A DNA stretch of 64,000 bases from Gemmatimonadales bacterium UBA4456. Lineage in GTDB: Bacteria > Gemmatimonadota > Gemmatimonadetes > Longimicrobiales > Gaopeijiaceae. Every line of letters starts with the position of its first letter. Position 1 is the first letter of the stretch. The notes beneath the pieces are model-generated. The model did no database searches and had not been told where the DNA came from. It saw only the letters and a program-made list of their open reading frames with translations. A program made the translations under genes and the position numbers. The stretch spans positions 71,364-135,363 of the forward strand of contig DGOW01000054.1 of assembly GCA_002390225.1 (NCBI GenBank). The letters run 5' to 3'. Of the stretch, positions 55,152-64,000 are shown in pieces.

Positions 55152-55637
55152 ATGGCGTTCTGGAAGAAGCTCCTCGGGAGCAACGACGATCAGCGCGTCG
55201 ATTACTACGACGAGGGCGTCAGTCTTCTCGAAGACGGGAAGGTTCACGAAGCGCTCACCTCGTTCCGTCTCGCCCTCAAAGCGGTGCCCGGCGATGCCGT
55301 AGCCCTTCAGCAGATCGCGATCTGCTATACGAAAATCGGGATGGTCGTCGAGGCTGCGAAGACGTATCGACACGTGTTGCAAAAAGACCCGGGCGCCGCC
55401 GGTGCGCATTACGGGCTCGCGTTCATCCTGCTTCGCAGTGAGTCACCCTCTGACGCGATCCCCCACCTCGAGTCGTTCCTCGCCGATGCACCACCCGACG
55501 AGGACGCGGGGGCGCACGTCGAACACGCCCGTTGGACGCTCGCCCAGCTGCGTGACGGGCACGTCATCGATTCGCACGGAGTTTCGACTCCCGATCCAGC
55601 CACATCACCACACAAGGAAGACCGCGATGTCGGGTAA
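55152..55637 (+). CDS. TPR-repeat protein
   Basis: Internal Met of ORF 55092..55637 (MAFWKKLLG). Two to three TPR-like helical pairs. Confidence 0.65.
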   Translation: MAFWKKLLGSNDDQRVDYYDEGVSLLEDGKVHEALTSFRLALKAVPGDAVALQQIAICYTKIGMVVEAAKTYRHVLQKDPGAAGAHYGLAFILLRSESPSDAIPHLESFLADAPPDEDAGAHVEHARWTLAQLRDGHVIDSHGVSTPDPATSPHKEDRDVG

Positions 55638-56043
55638 TGTCCGGCAGGCTCGCCTGCGCTGGACCGGCGAGGGCCTCGCGTTTCGAGGAGGTCCGGATGG
55701 TGCCGCGGAAATCGGCATCGACAGCTCCGGGGAAATCGGTCCTGCGCCCATGCACCTCCTGCTCATGTCGGTTGGCGCATGCATGGCGATCGACGTGTTG
55801 ATGATCCTGGAAAAGGGTCGGGTGCCCGTAGAGGATCTCGAAATCGAGACGATCGGTGTCCGTGCGGATGATCATCCGAAACGGTTTACTTCGATCGAAC
55901 TGATCTATCGAATCAGTGGACCGTCTAGGGACGACCAGACGAAGATCGACCGTGCGATCGAGCTGTCGAAGGACAAATACTGCTCCGTACTTCACACACT
56001 TGATCCGGAGACTCGTCTCTCGATCCGCAGTGAACGGGTCTGA
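55627..56043 (+). CDS. OsmC/Ohr-family peroxiredoxin-like protein
   Basis: Internal Met of ORF 55402..56043. 138 aa, with the two conserved Cys contexts (VGACMAID, KDKYCSV). Confidence 0.85.
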   Translation: MSGNVRQARLRWTGEGLAFRGGPDGAAEIGIDSSGEIGPAPMHLLLMSVGACMAIDVLMILEKGRVPVEDLEIETIGVRADDHPKRFTSIELIYRISGPSRDDQTKIDRAIELSKDKYCSVLHTLDPETRLSIRSERV

Positions 56044-56055
56044 GCAGGGGCTTCC

Positions 56056-57897
56056 GTGGCGACGATACTCGACTATTACGCGAATGAGACGCCGGTCCCG
56101 TCGGCTACGCTGACCGGACTCTTCCTCGAAGCGATCGACCGATTTGGGGATGACGTGGCGCTACGGCGCTTCACAAGTCCTGAAGAGATCGCGGATATCA
56201 GCTACGCCGAGGTGCTCCGTGACGTCATGCGGGTGGGCGGAGCGCTCCGCGCCTCTGGCCTAGCGCGGGGTGCTCGGGTGGCGATTCTTTCGGAGAACCG
56301 CCCGGAGTGGGCACTGGTGGATTATGGAGGCCTGTGCGCCGGCGCGTGGGTGGTCCCTGTCTACCCGACACTCACGCCACCCCAGGTCGAGTACGTGCTC
56401 ACGGACTCCGGCGCGAGTATTGTCTTTGCGTCGACCCCGGCGCTGGCTGCCAAGGCGCTGCAAGCGGCCGCCGGTTCTCCTCAGGACATCACGGTTGTCG
56501 CGTTCGATGTCGGCGCTCCGGACGGTGCACTCGCGTGGGAGGAGTTTCTGGCGCGTAGTGGGTCGGTCGATACCGACGAGGACCGGGCGAGCTTCCGCGA
56601 GGAAGCGCTGCGTGCCCAGCCCGAGGATGTCGCGACGGTGCTTTACACCTCCGGCACGACTGGCCCCCCGAAGGGCGTGATGCTGACGCACAACAACATC
56701 GCCTCGAACGTCCGAGCTACAGAGATGCATCTGAGCATCCTGCCCGGCGACACCACGTTCAGCTTTCTGCCGCTGTCGCACATCTTTCAACGGATGGCCG
56801 ATTACCTGAATTTCTGGGTTGGCGTGACGATCGCGTACCCGCGGTCGCTCGAAACATTGATCGTCGATCTCAAACGGGTGGCACCGACCGTGGTGGTCTC
56901 GGTGCCGCGTATCTACGAGAAGATCTACAACGGGGTGATGTCGGCCCGGGGGCCCAAGAAGAAGCTGGTCGACTGGGCCGCCGCTGTCGCCGATCGGGCG
57001 GCGGATCTGCGTCTCGCGGGACAGGAGCCTCGTGGCTTCCTCGCGCTCAAATACGCGATCGCGGACAAGCTGGTCTTCTCGAAAGTGAAAGCGGCCGTGG
57101 GGGGGCAGCTTCGTTTCTTCATCAGCGGTGGTGGGCCGCTCGCACCCTCACTGAACCGGTTCTTCTATTCGATCGGGTTGCCCATTCTCGAGGGCTACGG
57201 CCTTACGGAGACGAGTCCGGTCACGAACGCGAACAATGAGGAGTACTTCCGAATCGGCACCGTCGGGCGTCCGGTGCCAGGCACGGAGATCGGTATTGCC
57301 AAAGATGGCGAGATCATGGTCCGTGGATCGCAGGTCATGAAAGGCTATTACAACAAACCAGAGGCTACCGCCGATGTGTTGTCCGAGGACGGCTGGTTCG
57401 CCACGGGTGACATTGGAGAGATTGACGCTGATGGCTTTCTCTCGATCACGGATCGAAAGAAGGACATTATCGTGACCGCAGGCGGGAAGAATGTTGCACC
57501 CCAGCCGATCGAGAATCTGCTGAAGACCCACCTTCTGGTGGAGCAGGCGGTACTCATTGGTGATCGTCGGAAGTACTGTTCGCTGCTGGTTGTGCCTGCG
57601 TTTGGCGCCTTGCGACGGTGGGCAGACGATCGAGGTATCCAGACCAATTCGATCGAATCACTCGTCGAGCATCCTGAGGTCGTCGCCGGTGTTCAGGAGG
57701 AGCTGTTTGCGATGCTCGACCACCTGGCTTCTTATGAACGCCCCAAAAAGCTGGCGCTGCTCGCCGAGGAATTCACAGTGGAGAACGGTTTGATGACGCC
57801 GACCTTGAAAGTGAAGCGTCGCGAGCTCGGTGCCCGACTGGGCGATCGGATCGACTCCCTCTACGAAGGCGAAGCGGCGGATTCCACCGCAATCTGA
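56056..57897 (+). CDS. long-chain-fatty-acid--CoA ligase (AMP-dependent synthetase)
   Basis: 613 aa, GTG start. LYTSGTTGPPKGVMLTH, GYGLTETS, TGDIG, ITDRKKD. Confidence 0.92.
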   Translation: MATILDYYANETPVPSATLTGLFLEAIDRFGDDVALRRFTSPEEIADISYAEVLRDVMRVGGALRASGLARGARVAILSENRPEWALVDYGGLCAGAWVVPVYPTLTPPQVEYVLTDSGASIVFASTPALAAKALQAAAGSPQDITVVAFDVGAPDGALAWEEFLARSGSVDTDEDRASFREEALRAQPEDVATVLYTSGTTGPPKGVMLTHNNIASNVRATEMHLSILPGDTTFSFLPLSHIFQRMADYLNFWVGVTIAYPRSLETLIVDLKRVAPTVVVSVPRIYEKIYNGVMSARGPKKKLVDWAAAVADRAADLRLAGQEPRGFLALKYAIADKLVFSKVKAAVGGQLRFFISGGGPLAPSLNRFFYSIGLPILEGYGLTETSPVTNANNEEYFRIGTVGRPVPGTEIGIAKDGEIMVRGSQVMKGYYNKPEATADVLSEDGWFATGDIGEIDADGFLSITDRKKDIIVTAGGKNVAPQPIENLLKTHLLVEQAVLIGDRRKYCSLLVVPAFGALRRWADDRGIQTNSIESLVEHPEVVAGVQEELFAMLDHLASYERPKKLALLAEEFTVENGLMTPTLKVKRRELGARLGDRIDSLYEGEAADSTAI

Positions 57898-57901
57898 TCT
57901 G

Positions 57902-58237
57902 GTGCACTCCTCAGACCACCCGACCGCTGTCGTCGTGCTCACGACAATGCCTGACGAGGAGTCCGCTGGAGGACTCGCCGCGCGCCTGGTCGAAGATCGC
58001 ATGATCGCATGCGCCAATGTCGTTCCTGGGATCACGTCGATCTATCGGTGGGAGGGTGACGTGAAGCACGATCCCGAGGTGCTCGTCGTCATGAAGACGA
58101 GTGCCGGCCGGGCGGACGAGCTGACTCAGCGCATCGGAGCGATCCATCCATACGACGTACCGGAGGTTCTTGTGCTTCCCGTCCGCAGCGGACATGTGCC
58201 CTATCTCGACTGGGTCGCCGCGGAGGTCGCGCGCTGA
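57902..58237 (+). CDS. cutA: divalent-cation tolerance protein CutA
   Basis: GTG inside ORF 57830..58237. VVLTTMPDEESA...MIACANV...SIYRWEG...HPYDVPEV...YLDWV is the CutA1 pattern. Confidence 0.85.
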   Translation: MHSSDHPTAVVVLTTMPDEESAGGLAARLVEDRMIACANVVPGITSIYRWEGDVKHDPEVLVVMKTSAGRADELTQRIGAIHPYDVPEVLVLPVRSGHVPYLDWVAAEVAR

Positions 58238-59112
58238 TGGCGAAGCGTCGAGCGAAGAGCGCAGCCGAAAAGAAAAAGCGGGACAAGTCGCAGGTGGAGC
58301 TCCTGCCGGACCTGATCGAGCCCGCCGTCGACGAGGGGCAGGACGATGAGCCGGCCCATGAGGCATCGGCGCGTGAGGTGCCTGCGAAACCCGACGTCCC
58401 GAAGATTGATGACGTGCGGCTGAACGCGGAGCCCAAGGTCGTCAGACCAGCTCCTGAAAGGACTCCTCCCCCAGACGATGTGACGCCTCCTCTACCTCGA
58501 CCCCAGGGCAACCAGCTCGCGCGGGCTCGGGACCTGGTTCAGACGGGTCGAATCGAGGAGGCAATTGAGCTGTACTCCGAGATCCTGGGCGAGAACCCGC
58601 ACAACCTGCGGGCGCACAACAACCTCGGGATCCTTCTGGATGAATTAGGTCAGCACCACAGAGCCGTCGAGCACCTGGAGGCCGCTCTGGAGGTTGAACC
58701 GGACAACGTCGAGGTGCTGACCAATCTGGCGAGCGCGCTCACGGAGCTGGCTCGCTTCGCCGGGGCCGATGCCTCGATCCGTAAGGCGCTGCGACTTTCG
58801 CCCGATGATCCATCGGCTCGTCTCGCCCAGGGTATTCTGTCGTTTCGACGGGGGCTTTATATCGAGGCGGAGGAAGAATTGCGATGGGTGTGTGAGCGGG
58901 ACCCGGGGCTCGGCGAAGCTTTCTACTATCGTGCTGAGGCCCTGAATCGAACCAGCCAATTCCCCGAGGCTACCGAACTGATGCTGCGTGCCGCGGCGCT
59001 GCTTCCGGACGACTCTCGCCCCTTGTACACCCTGGGGCATCTATACGACCGGCAGGGCTGTCCGGTCGAGGCGGCCGAGATGTATCGGCGGGTACGCGAC
59101 CTGCAGGTCTGA
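58237..59112 (+). CDS. TPR-repeat protein with Lys/Pro-rich N-terminal region
   Basis: 291 aa. Its ATG overlaps the cutA stop (TGATG). Four to five TPR units from about residue 95. Confidence 0.8.
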   Translation: MAKRRAKSAAEKKKRDKSQVELLPDLIEPAVDEGQDDEPAHEASAREVPAKPDVPKIDDVRLNAEPKVVRPAPERTPPPDDVTPPLPRPQGNQLARARDLVQTGRIEEAIELYSEILGENPHNLRAHNNLGILLDELGQHHRAVEHLEAALEVEPDNVEVLTNLASALTELARFAGADASIRKALRLSPDDPSARLAQGILSFRRGLYIEAEEELRWVCERDPGLGEAFYYRAEALNRTSQFPEATELMLRAAALLPDDSRPLYTLGHLYDRQGCPVEAAEMYRRVRDLQV

Positions 59113-59465
59113 TGATTCGCGTCCTGGTCGGCAGCTTGAGTGAACAGGTCGTGGAGGGGGTAGTCCGACCGGTGCAGTCTGACTTTTCCTCGGTCAGCCA
59201 TGCCTCTAGAGATCTGGGTATAGCAGCTGGAGAGGCGATCGAGGAAAAGCTTCGGCGCGTGGGGTCGCTCCCGATGGGGGGAGCGGTGATCCTTGAGGCT
59301 TGGCCCGTCTACGCCTACCTGAATTCGCGCGTTCAGGATGGCACAGCGGAGGTAGGAGCGACGTCCCTCTTTTTCGGGGTCAGCGGCGCAGCCATCCTCA
59401 CTATCCTTGCTACATGGCTCCCCCTCCGTGCTGGAATCCAGAAAATCCAGTCGGTCGAATTCTGA
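59112..59465 (+). CDS. hypothetical protein; N-terminal macro-domain-like fragment joined to an unrelated hydrophobic tail
   Basis: 117 aa. Its ATG overlaps the upstream stop (TGATG). The first ~62 aa (IRVLVGSLSEQVVEGVV...AAGEAIEE...PMGGAVI) follow the macro-domain N-terminal pattern and then diverge. The tail (ILATWLPLRAGIQKIQSVEF) resembles FtsX-type permease C-termini. Confidence 0.5.
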   Translation: MIRVLVGSLSEQVVEGVVRPVQSDFSSVSHASRDLGIAAGEAIEEKLRRVGSLPMGGAVILEAWPVYAYLNSRVQDGTAEVGATSLFFGVSGAAILTILATWLPLRAGIQKIQSVEF

Positions 59466-59495
59466 TCACTGGCTAGCGAATCGGAGACGTATCCC

Positions 59496-59954
59496 ATGCT
59501 GGAATCCATCAAGAACTTCTTTGCAACTTCGATGACTCCCTCCTCGGAGAAAGAGGCGTCCACGGGTGCCGAGGACATTCGGCTGGCTGCGTGCGCGCTT
59601 CTCCTCGAACTCGCCAACGCGGACGACGAGTTCACGGATGATGAGCGCCAGCACATGGAGTCGGCCGTGCGTCGTCAGTTCGGTCTCGATGCGACGGAAG
59701 CAGAGCAGCTGCTGGAGCTCGCGCAGAAGGAGCGTGAGGAGGCCGTGGACCTTTGGCAGTTTACGAATCTGGTCGCCAAGAACTACTCGACGGGTCAGAA
59801 GATGGTGCTGGCCGAGATCATGTGGGGGCTGGTCTACTCAGACGGGAATCTGGCGAGCAAAGAGGACTACCTCATGCGAAAGATCTGCAACCTTCTTCGC
59901 CTGGAGCCTGGTTACCTCGCCGAGGCGCGGCAGCGATTCAACGTCGGGAGCTAA
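59496..59954 (+). CDS. TerB-family (tellurite-resistance-like) protein
   Basis: 152 aa. Acidic helical pattern LLLELANADDEFTDDE...VLAEIMWGLVYSDGNLASKEDYLMRKI is typical of the TerB/DUF533-like fold. Confidence 0.75.
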   Translation: MLESIKNFFATSMTPSSEKEASTGAEDIRLAACALLLELANADDEFTDDERQHMESAVRRQFGLDATEAEQLLELAQKEREEAVDLWQFTNLVAKNYSTGQKMVLAEIMWGLVYSDGNLASKEDYLMRKICNLLRLEPGYLAEARQRFNVGS

Positions 59955-60019
59955 TTCGGGGCTCGGTGCGGCTCATTCGGGGGTGACATCGGCATCCCGG
60001 ACGGGCATATTTCGAAGGA

Positions 60020-60199
60020 ATGAACGACCCACTCGAACGGCGTCAGACCATGCGCGATCTCGTCCCCGGCGGCTATCTCTTCACTCACGCGGTCTTCTGG
60101 ACCGTGGTGGGCATGGTTGCAGTCGGCACGAATGCCGTAGCGATCATTCTGTCGATCGGCCTGGGGCTTCTGGTCGTGGAGTCGCTGACACAGCGATAG
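60020..60199 (+). CDS. possible small membrane protein (59 aa, below ORF-track cutoff)
   Basis: Hand-translated: MNDPLERRQTMRDLVPGGYLFTHAVFWTVVGMVAVGTNAVAIILSIGLGLLVVESLTQR. Has an AAGGA motif just upstream and hydrophobic helices. Confidence 0.35.
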   Translation: MNDPLERRQTMRDLVPGGYLFTHAVFWTVVGMVAVGTNAVAIILSIGLGLLVVESLTQR

Positions 60200-60346
60200 C
60201 GACGGGTCTGCCCAGGTGGTCGAGTGGGCGTCTCCGTGTGCGGGGGCGCCTTTCCTGTGTCCATGATCCTGACGCTCAGGATGCAACCGGTTGCGGCGAC
60301 TGGCGTACGATGGACTTGAACGTACGAACCAACCCATGAGCTCTCG

Positions 60347-60616
60347 ATGACTGCTGTCTACTTGGTTCTCACGGCCCTTGTCGGTCTCGGGATCGGCCTT
60401 TGGTTTGGTATGCCCGGCCGGTTCTCTCAGACCCCGGACGACATCGAACAGATCATGAAGACCGGTGTGGGCCGACGCGTTCGTCGCAAGAAGACCTTCT
60501 CGCCCATCGCATGGATGCAGCGGCGGGTGAGCGCCAAGGACACGGCGTCCCGTGGACGACGTGGGGGACGTGGACGCGCCGGCTTCAAGCTGGAAGCGCC
60601 GGACGAGCGGGAGTGA
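60347..60616 (+). CDS. small membrane-anchored protein with Arg/Lys-rich tail
   Basis: 89 aa with an N-terminal TM (VYLVLTALVGLGIGLWF) and a basic C-terminus. Its stop overlaps the next start (GTGA). Confidence 0.5.
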   Translation: MTAVYLVLTALVGLGIGLWFGMPGRFSQTPDDIEQIMKTGVGRRVRRKKTFSPIAWMQRRVSAKDTASRGRRGGRGRAGFKLEAPDERE

Positions 60617-61533
60617 GTTTCACCGTGCGAGGGTCGCACGGTCTTATCGCGCGGGCTCTTGCCCTGATTCCGATGCTCGGACTCGGAGCCTGCAGCGAGA
60701 CGACAGGCCCCAATCCATTGCCGGCGGATGCGCTCATCGGCATCTGGGAATACGAGGTCCCGGGAGTCACCGAGGTGACAATCGAGATCGAGGACGGGGG
60801 GACTTGGTCAAGCATCGAGGCAGACCTCGTGAACCGCGTGTGCGATACCGCGGCTGGGGTCTGGAGTGCTACAGACGGTGTGCTCACCACCCAGACGACG
60901 GAGCGGTATGGAGGCCCGGTTTCTGAGCCTGCAGAGCAGACGCCCTACACGCGTTCAGGCAGCACGCTCACGCTCACCCCTCCCGGAGAGGCATCCAACA
61001 CCTACGCGTTGGGCGGATCATTCCCCGTCTGCTCGGACTACGGGTGGGCGAAGATCGTGCTGTTTGCAGAGCTCGATGGGGTCATGACGGAGTTCAGTGA
61101 CCCGTACGATGCTCAAATCAACCTCGAGACTAGCACGGCCGATGGAACCGTGAGCGTTGCGGGTCTTCTGGATCCCGAGGGCCTAGGCTCCGAGCAGTGT
61201 ACTGCCTGTAGCTGGCTCCTGATCGACCTGTACCATGAACTCGGCGTGGCACTCTACCCCGGAACCTATCCGATTGAGCAGTTCGGTCCGACGGGACTGC
61301 GTGCAGAAGCCACCTACTGGCCGGACTTCCAGAGTGCTGACCCGACCTACGGGTCGAACGACTCGGACCCGAGTCTGCAGCCGTGGACCGGTCAGGTGGT
61401 CGTCTCCACGCTGTCCCCTCTCGTCGCCGAGGGCTCTTTTGAGTTCACGGTCTTCGACTCGGGCTCCGGAACCGGGCCTCCGTACCCTTCAGTCGTTCTG
61501 ACGAACGGATACTTTCGCATCTCGTACAACTGA
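60613..61533 (+). CDS. lipoprotein, unknown function
   Basis: GTG inside ORF 60400..61533. Lipobox LGLGAC. 306 aa. No family recognised. Confidence 0.6.
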   Translation: MSFTVRGSHGLIARALALIPMLGLGACSETTGPNPLPADALIGIWEYEVPGVTEVTIEIEDGGTWSSIEADLVNRVCDTAAGVWSATDGVLTTQTTERYGGPVSEPAEQTPYTRSGSTLTLTPPGEASNTYALGGSFPVCSDYGWAKIVLFAELDGVMTEFSDPYDAQINLETSTADGTVSVAGLLDPEGLGSEQCTACSWLLIDLYHELGVALYPGTYPIEQFGPTGLRAEATYWPDFQSADPTYGSNDSDPSLQPWTGQVVVSTLSPLVAEGSFEFTVFDSGSGTGPPYPSVVLTNGYFRISYN

Positions 61534-61548
61534 CGTGGCTCTTCGTTT

Positions 61549-63132
61549 CTAGGGGCCGCCCAACCGCACCATCGCATCGACCGCGACCATCATCAGGCCG
61601 ATGATCGCACCCAGCACGTAACCGAGCCGCACGATGAGTCTCAGCTCGCGGTCCGTGACCTTCCGCACGATTTCTTCCATGCGGGCGGTGGGGAAGTGCA
61701 GGACCTTGTCCTCCACCCGTCGAGCCACGTCGATGCGCTCGACGATGGTCGGTACCTGAGTCTGTAGCCAATCCCAGATCGGGTCACCCAGGGTTGCCTC
61801 GATGCGCTGAGGTCCGTCCTTGGGGAACCACCGTGCGGGCCTACCGACAGGACGATCCATCGTCCTCGAAATGAGACGCTGTGCGCTCGTCTCGACGGCC
61901 TTACGTGCTACGTCCGTCCGGGCAGCGACGGTGAGGAAGTCAGCGATCTTCTCGGTCGGGACACGCTCCAGGACATCACCCCACGTGCGGGCCCCGGCCT
62001 TTTCCATGCCCTCGTTCAGCTTCTCGAGGAGAAACTCACGTGTGGCGGAGTCACGGGCCATCGTGACGACCCAGCCCGTGAGTGTCTTGCGAGTCTCGAC
62101 CATCGTCGGATCATCGGCGTCCCCAAGGACTTCGGTCACCGGGCGCCGCAGGAAGTCGACGATCGCCTGGTTCACACCCCGTGCGATCGCTTCCTGAGCC
62201 GCGGGATCACGCAGGATCTCCGAGAGGCGCTCGGCTCCCTCCGCCTCGATGGTATCGAGCACCTTGTCGATAGTGTCCTCGGTCATGACGACACGTGCAA
62301 CGACTCGCTGGTGGAACTTCAGGTCACGCAGGAATCGCTGAAGCAGGTCGTGGATCGTGGACTCGAAGCGCTCCCGGGTGTCCGGGTCCTCGAGCAGGCC
62401 GCCCAGCCTTTCCGCCGCGAGCGGCAGGTAGCTCGCGATGGCCTTCTCCAGCGATCCGACCAGCCCGAGCGGCAGGATCTCCTCGAAGTTGCGACCGGGC
62501 TGAAGGAGTTTCTCCGACGCACGCTCGAGATAGTCCGAGACGGCACCGGAGAAATCGTCACTCTCGACCAGGTTCTGAAGCCACTCCTCGACGGCGGTCT
62601 CGACCGCGGAGCCTCGAGCTGGCGTCAGTATTCCCGCGATCGGCTCATCGGCGAAGGCACCGACCAGATCGTCTGCGCGCCTGAGCATCGATTCTTCGAA
62701 GCGCTCCGATGCGACGTACTCATCGAGCTGCTCCAGTCCCCGCCCGAGCGCGTCTTGGATCAGGGCGTCGATGTCGTCGGACACCGCGGCGGGTATGAGC
62801 TCACGAAGCGTGCCTCGCTCCGTGTGTAGCATCTCGTCGAGGAAGGCCGCGAGGCGTTGATCGAAGGCGTCCCGGAATTCAACATTGGCGAACGTGGTGG
62901 TCAGGTCTTCGGGCGTGAGCAGTCGGCTTCCCACGGTGCGCCCGATGGCGGCAGCCAGTCGCGGTTGGTTCTTGGGCACGGCCCCGTGTAGAAAGCGGAT
63001 CGGCCACCGTCCGAAGAGTTTGGGTGGGTGGTAGGGGTGGAAGAGCATCCACACGGCGATCGTATTCGTCAGGCCGCCGGCAATCGCACCGAAGCCGATC
63101 TTCACCAGGGCGAGGACGAGTTCCTGGTTCAT
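61549..63132 (-). CDS. DUF445-family membrane protein
   Basis: Internal Met of ORF 61549..63198. GAIAGGLTNTIAVWMLFHP and LHGAVPKNQ N-terminal blocks, and a C-terminal TM with VRLGYVLGAIIG, as in DUF445/YjiN-like proteins. Confidence 0.8.
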   Translation of the reverse strand: MNQELVLALVKIGFGAIAGGLTNTIAVWMLFHPYHPPKLFGRWPIRFLHGAVPKNQPRLAAAIGRTVGSRLLTPEDLTTTFANVEFRDAFDQRLAAFLDEMLHTERGTLRELIPAAVSDDIDALIQDALGRGLEQLDEYVASERFEESMLRRADDLVGAFADEPIAGILTPARGSAVETAVEEWLQNLVESDDFSGAVSDYLERASEKLLQPGRNFEEILPLGLVGSLEKAIASYLPLAAERLGGLLEDPDTRERFESTIHDLLQRFLRDLKFHQRVVARVVMTEDTIDKVLDTIEAEGAERLSEILRDPAAQEAIARGVNQAIVDFLRRPVTEVLGDADDPTMVETRKTLTGWVVTMARDSATREFLLEKLNEGMEKAGARTWGDVLERVPTEKIADFLTVAARTDVARKAVETSAQRLISRTMDRPVGRPARWFPKDGPQRIEATLGDPIWDWLQTQVPTIVERIDVARRVEDKVLHFPTARMEEIVRKVTDRELRLIVRLGYVLGAIIGLMMVAVDAMVRLGGP

Positions 63133-63136
63133 GGCA

Positions 63137-64000
63137 TCATCGTCGTTCGTGCACGAGGACTCCGTGCACGTCGTAGACGTCGACCCCAACGGTGACACTG
63201 CCCGTCACTTCGAAGAGTGCACGCACGGGGAGTAGAGGCCCTGGACCCTCACCGGGGTGCATCTCGGCGGAGACGGCTCCCAGGCTGCCCTCGATCGCTC
63301 CGTCGGTGGACCATAACCGCCACTCGACAGGTACGTCACGACGCGCAGGCGGAAACGCCTCGGTACGCTCCCAGTCGACACGCACGTCGGACCATTGCAT
63401 CTGACGCTCCTCATGCAGACCCCACACCCGGTAGGCAGGGGGCGTCTCACCTCCGTACTCGGAGTCACCGGCAATGATGAAATGGGCCGAGTCTCCTGAC
63501 AGGAGGAACGCCCAGTCGCCTCCGGGCGGGAGAGACCCATCCGACGCGCGTGCCATGTCCAGGATCATCCCGTCGATACGCTGGTCGATGAGGTATGCCG
63601 ATCCGGAGAGAACCTGGTACCGGTCACCCCGTACGTCGGTCCAGGCGGGATTGGCGTTGCCAAGAGCGAGCTCGAGTGAGCGTGCTCCCTGCTCGTACAG
63701 GATCCCGTCGAGCGCATCGCCGTCACGGACCACGAATTGCAGTCCCAGGTGGGGTACGAGGCGGGTCGGCGCCCGCGTGGGTGCGGTTCCCCAGCGTTCA
63801 TTGTAGAAGCCGTCCCAGACACCCCCACGCGCCAGCCAGGCACGTGCTGCACGAGTCACGGTGTCGGGTTCTTCGACCGTTTGCATGAGCCAGGGAACGA
63901 TGAACACACTATCTGCAGACAGGGATGCGAATACGAAGTTCCGTTCGTAAAAGCGACGGCCCAGGTTTCCGCTGTCGGCGGCGGCGGCCCCGCTTGCAGG
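63137..64000 (-). CDS. hypothetical protein (partial; N-terminus beyond the right window edge)
   Basis: Track ORF 63137..63907 begins at a GTG. Hand translation shows the frame stays open upstream to position 64000 (PASGAAAADSGNLGRRFYERNFVFASLSADS-VFIVPW...). No family recognised. Confidence 0.6.
   Translation of the reverse strand, partial: PASGAAAADSGNLGRRFYERNFVFASLSADSVFIVPWLMQTVEEPDTVTRAARAWLARGGVWDGFYNERWGTAPTRAPTRLVPHLGLQFVVRDGDALDGILYEQGARSLELALGNANPAWTDVRGDRYQVLSGSAYLIDQRIDGMILDMARASDGSLPPGGDWAFLLSGDSAHFIIAGDSEYGGETPPAYRVWGLHEERQMQWSDVRVDWERTEAFPPARRDVPVEWRLWSTDGAIEGSLGAVSAEMHPGEGPGPLLPVRALFEVTGSVTVGVDVYDVHGVLVHERR

Noticed and set aside
59566-60339. 257-aa plus-strand ORF and 128-aa minus-strand ORF (59951..60337)
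   Set aside because: The first overlaps the TerB-family gene in another frame and is Arg/Ser-rich. The second is His/Arg-rich with no motifs. The 59-aa hydrophobic ORF in this interval is the more plausible coding feature.

Overview
High-GC (roughly mid-60s % by eye) bacterial chromosomal segment, densely packed with about 60 protein-coding genes. I found no rRNA, tRNA, CRISPR array, transposase or integrase. The many secreted CarboxypepD_reg-like and BNR/Asp-box proteins are reminiscent of Gemmatimonadota- or Acidobacteriota-like genomes, but that cannot be verified here.

Most genes are housekeeping or envelope functions:
- Recognisable core genes: katG, thyX, rho, trxB, fumC, nfo, folE, cutA.
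- Two acyl-CoA ligases, a sodium:solute symporter, an ABC exporter, glycosyltransferases and peptidases.
- Peptidoglycan recycling: NamZ plus a beta-lactamase-fold protein.

Most noteworthy observations:
1. An AhpD/CMD-family gene (29993-30589) is interrupted by an in-frame TGA exactly at the second Cys of its CxxC motif. A SECIS-like hairpin follows, so it is a predicted selenoprotein.
2. A ~330-nt structured leader with mutually exclusive anti-terminator/terminator pairings and a U-tract lies upstream of a PTPS-folE-SDR (tetrahydrobiopterin-type) operon (52.3-54.4 kb). I could not assign it to any riboswitch class I know.
3. A tight trio at 33.1-35.4 kb has no pathway I can name: a radical SAM protein with SPASM-like cysteines, a metallophosphoesterase with substituted catalytic motifs, and an asparaginase N-domain-only protein.
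4. A ~1.2-kb low-GC insert (4.5-5.7 kb) carries a truncated sulfotransferase and a zinc-ribbon ORF. It is bounded by a 9-bp direct repeat and strongly G-rich tracts.
5. There are several unusual fusions or architectures: DAK2-DegV (FakA-FakB-like), YHYH-DUF305, a membrane protein with a triple repeat module, and a chimeric macro-fragment ORF.

Limits: start codons moved inside track ORFs were computed from residue counts. Hand-read motif coordinates may be off by 1-2 nt. All family assignments come from motif recognition, not database searches.
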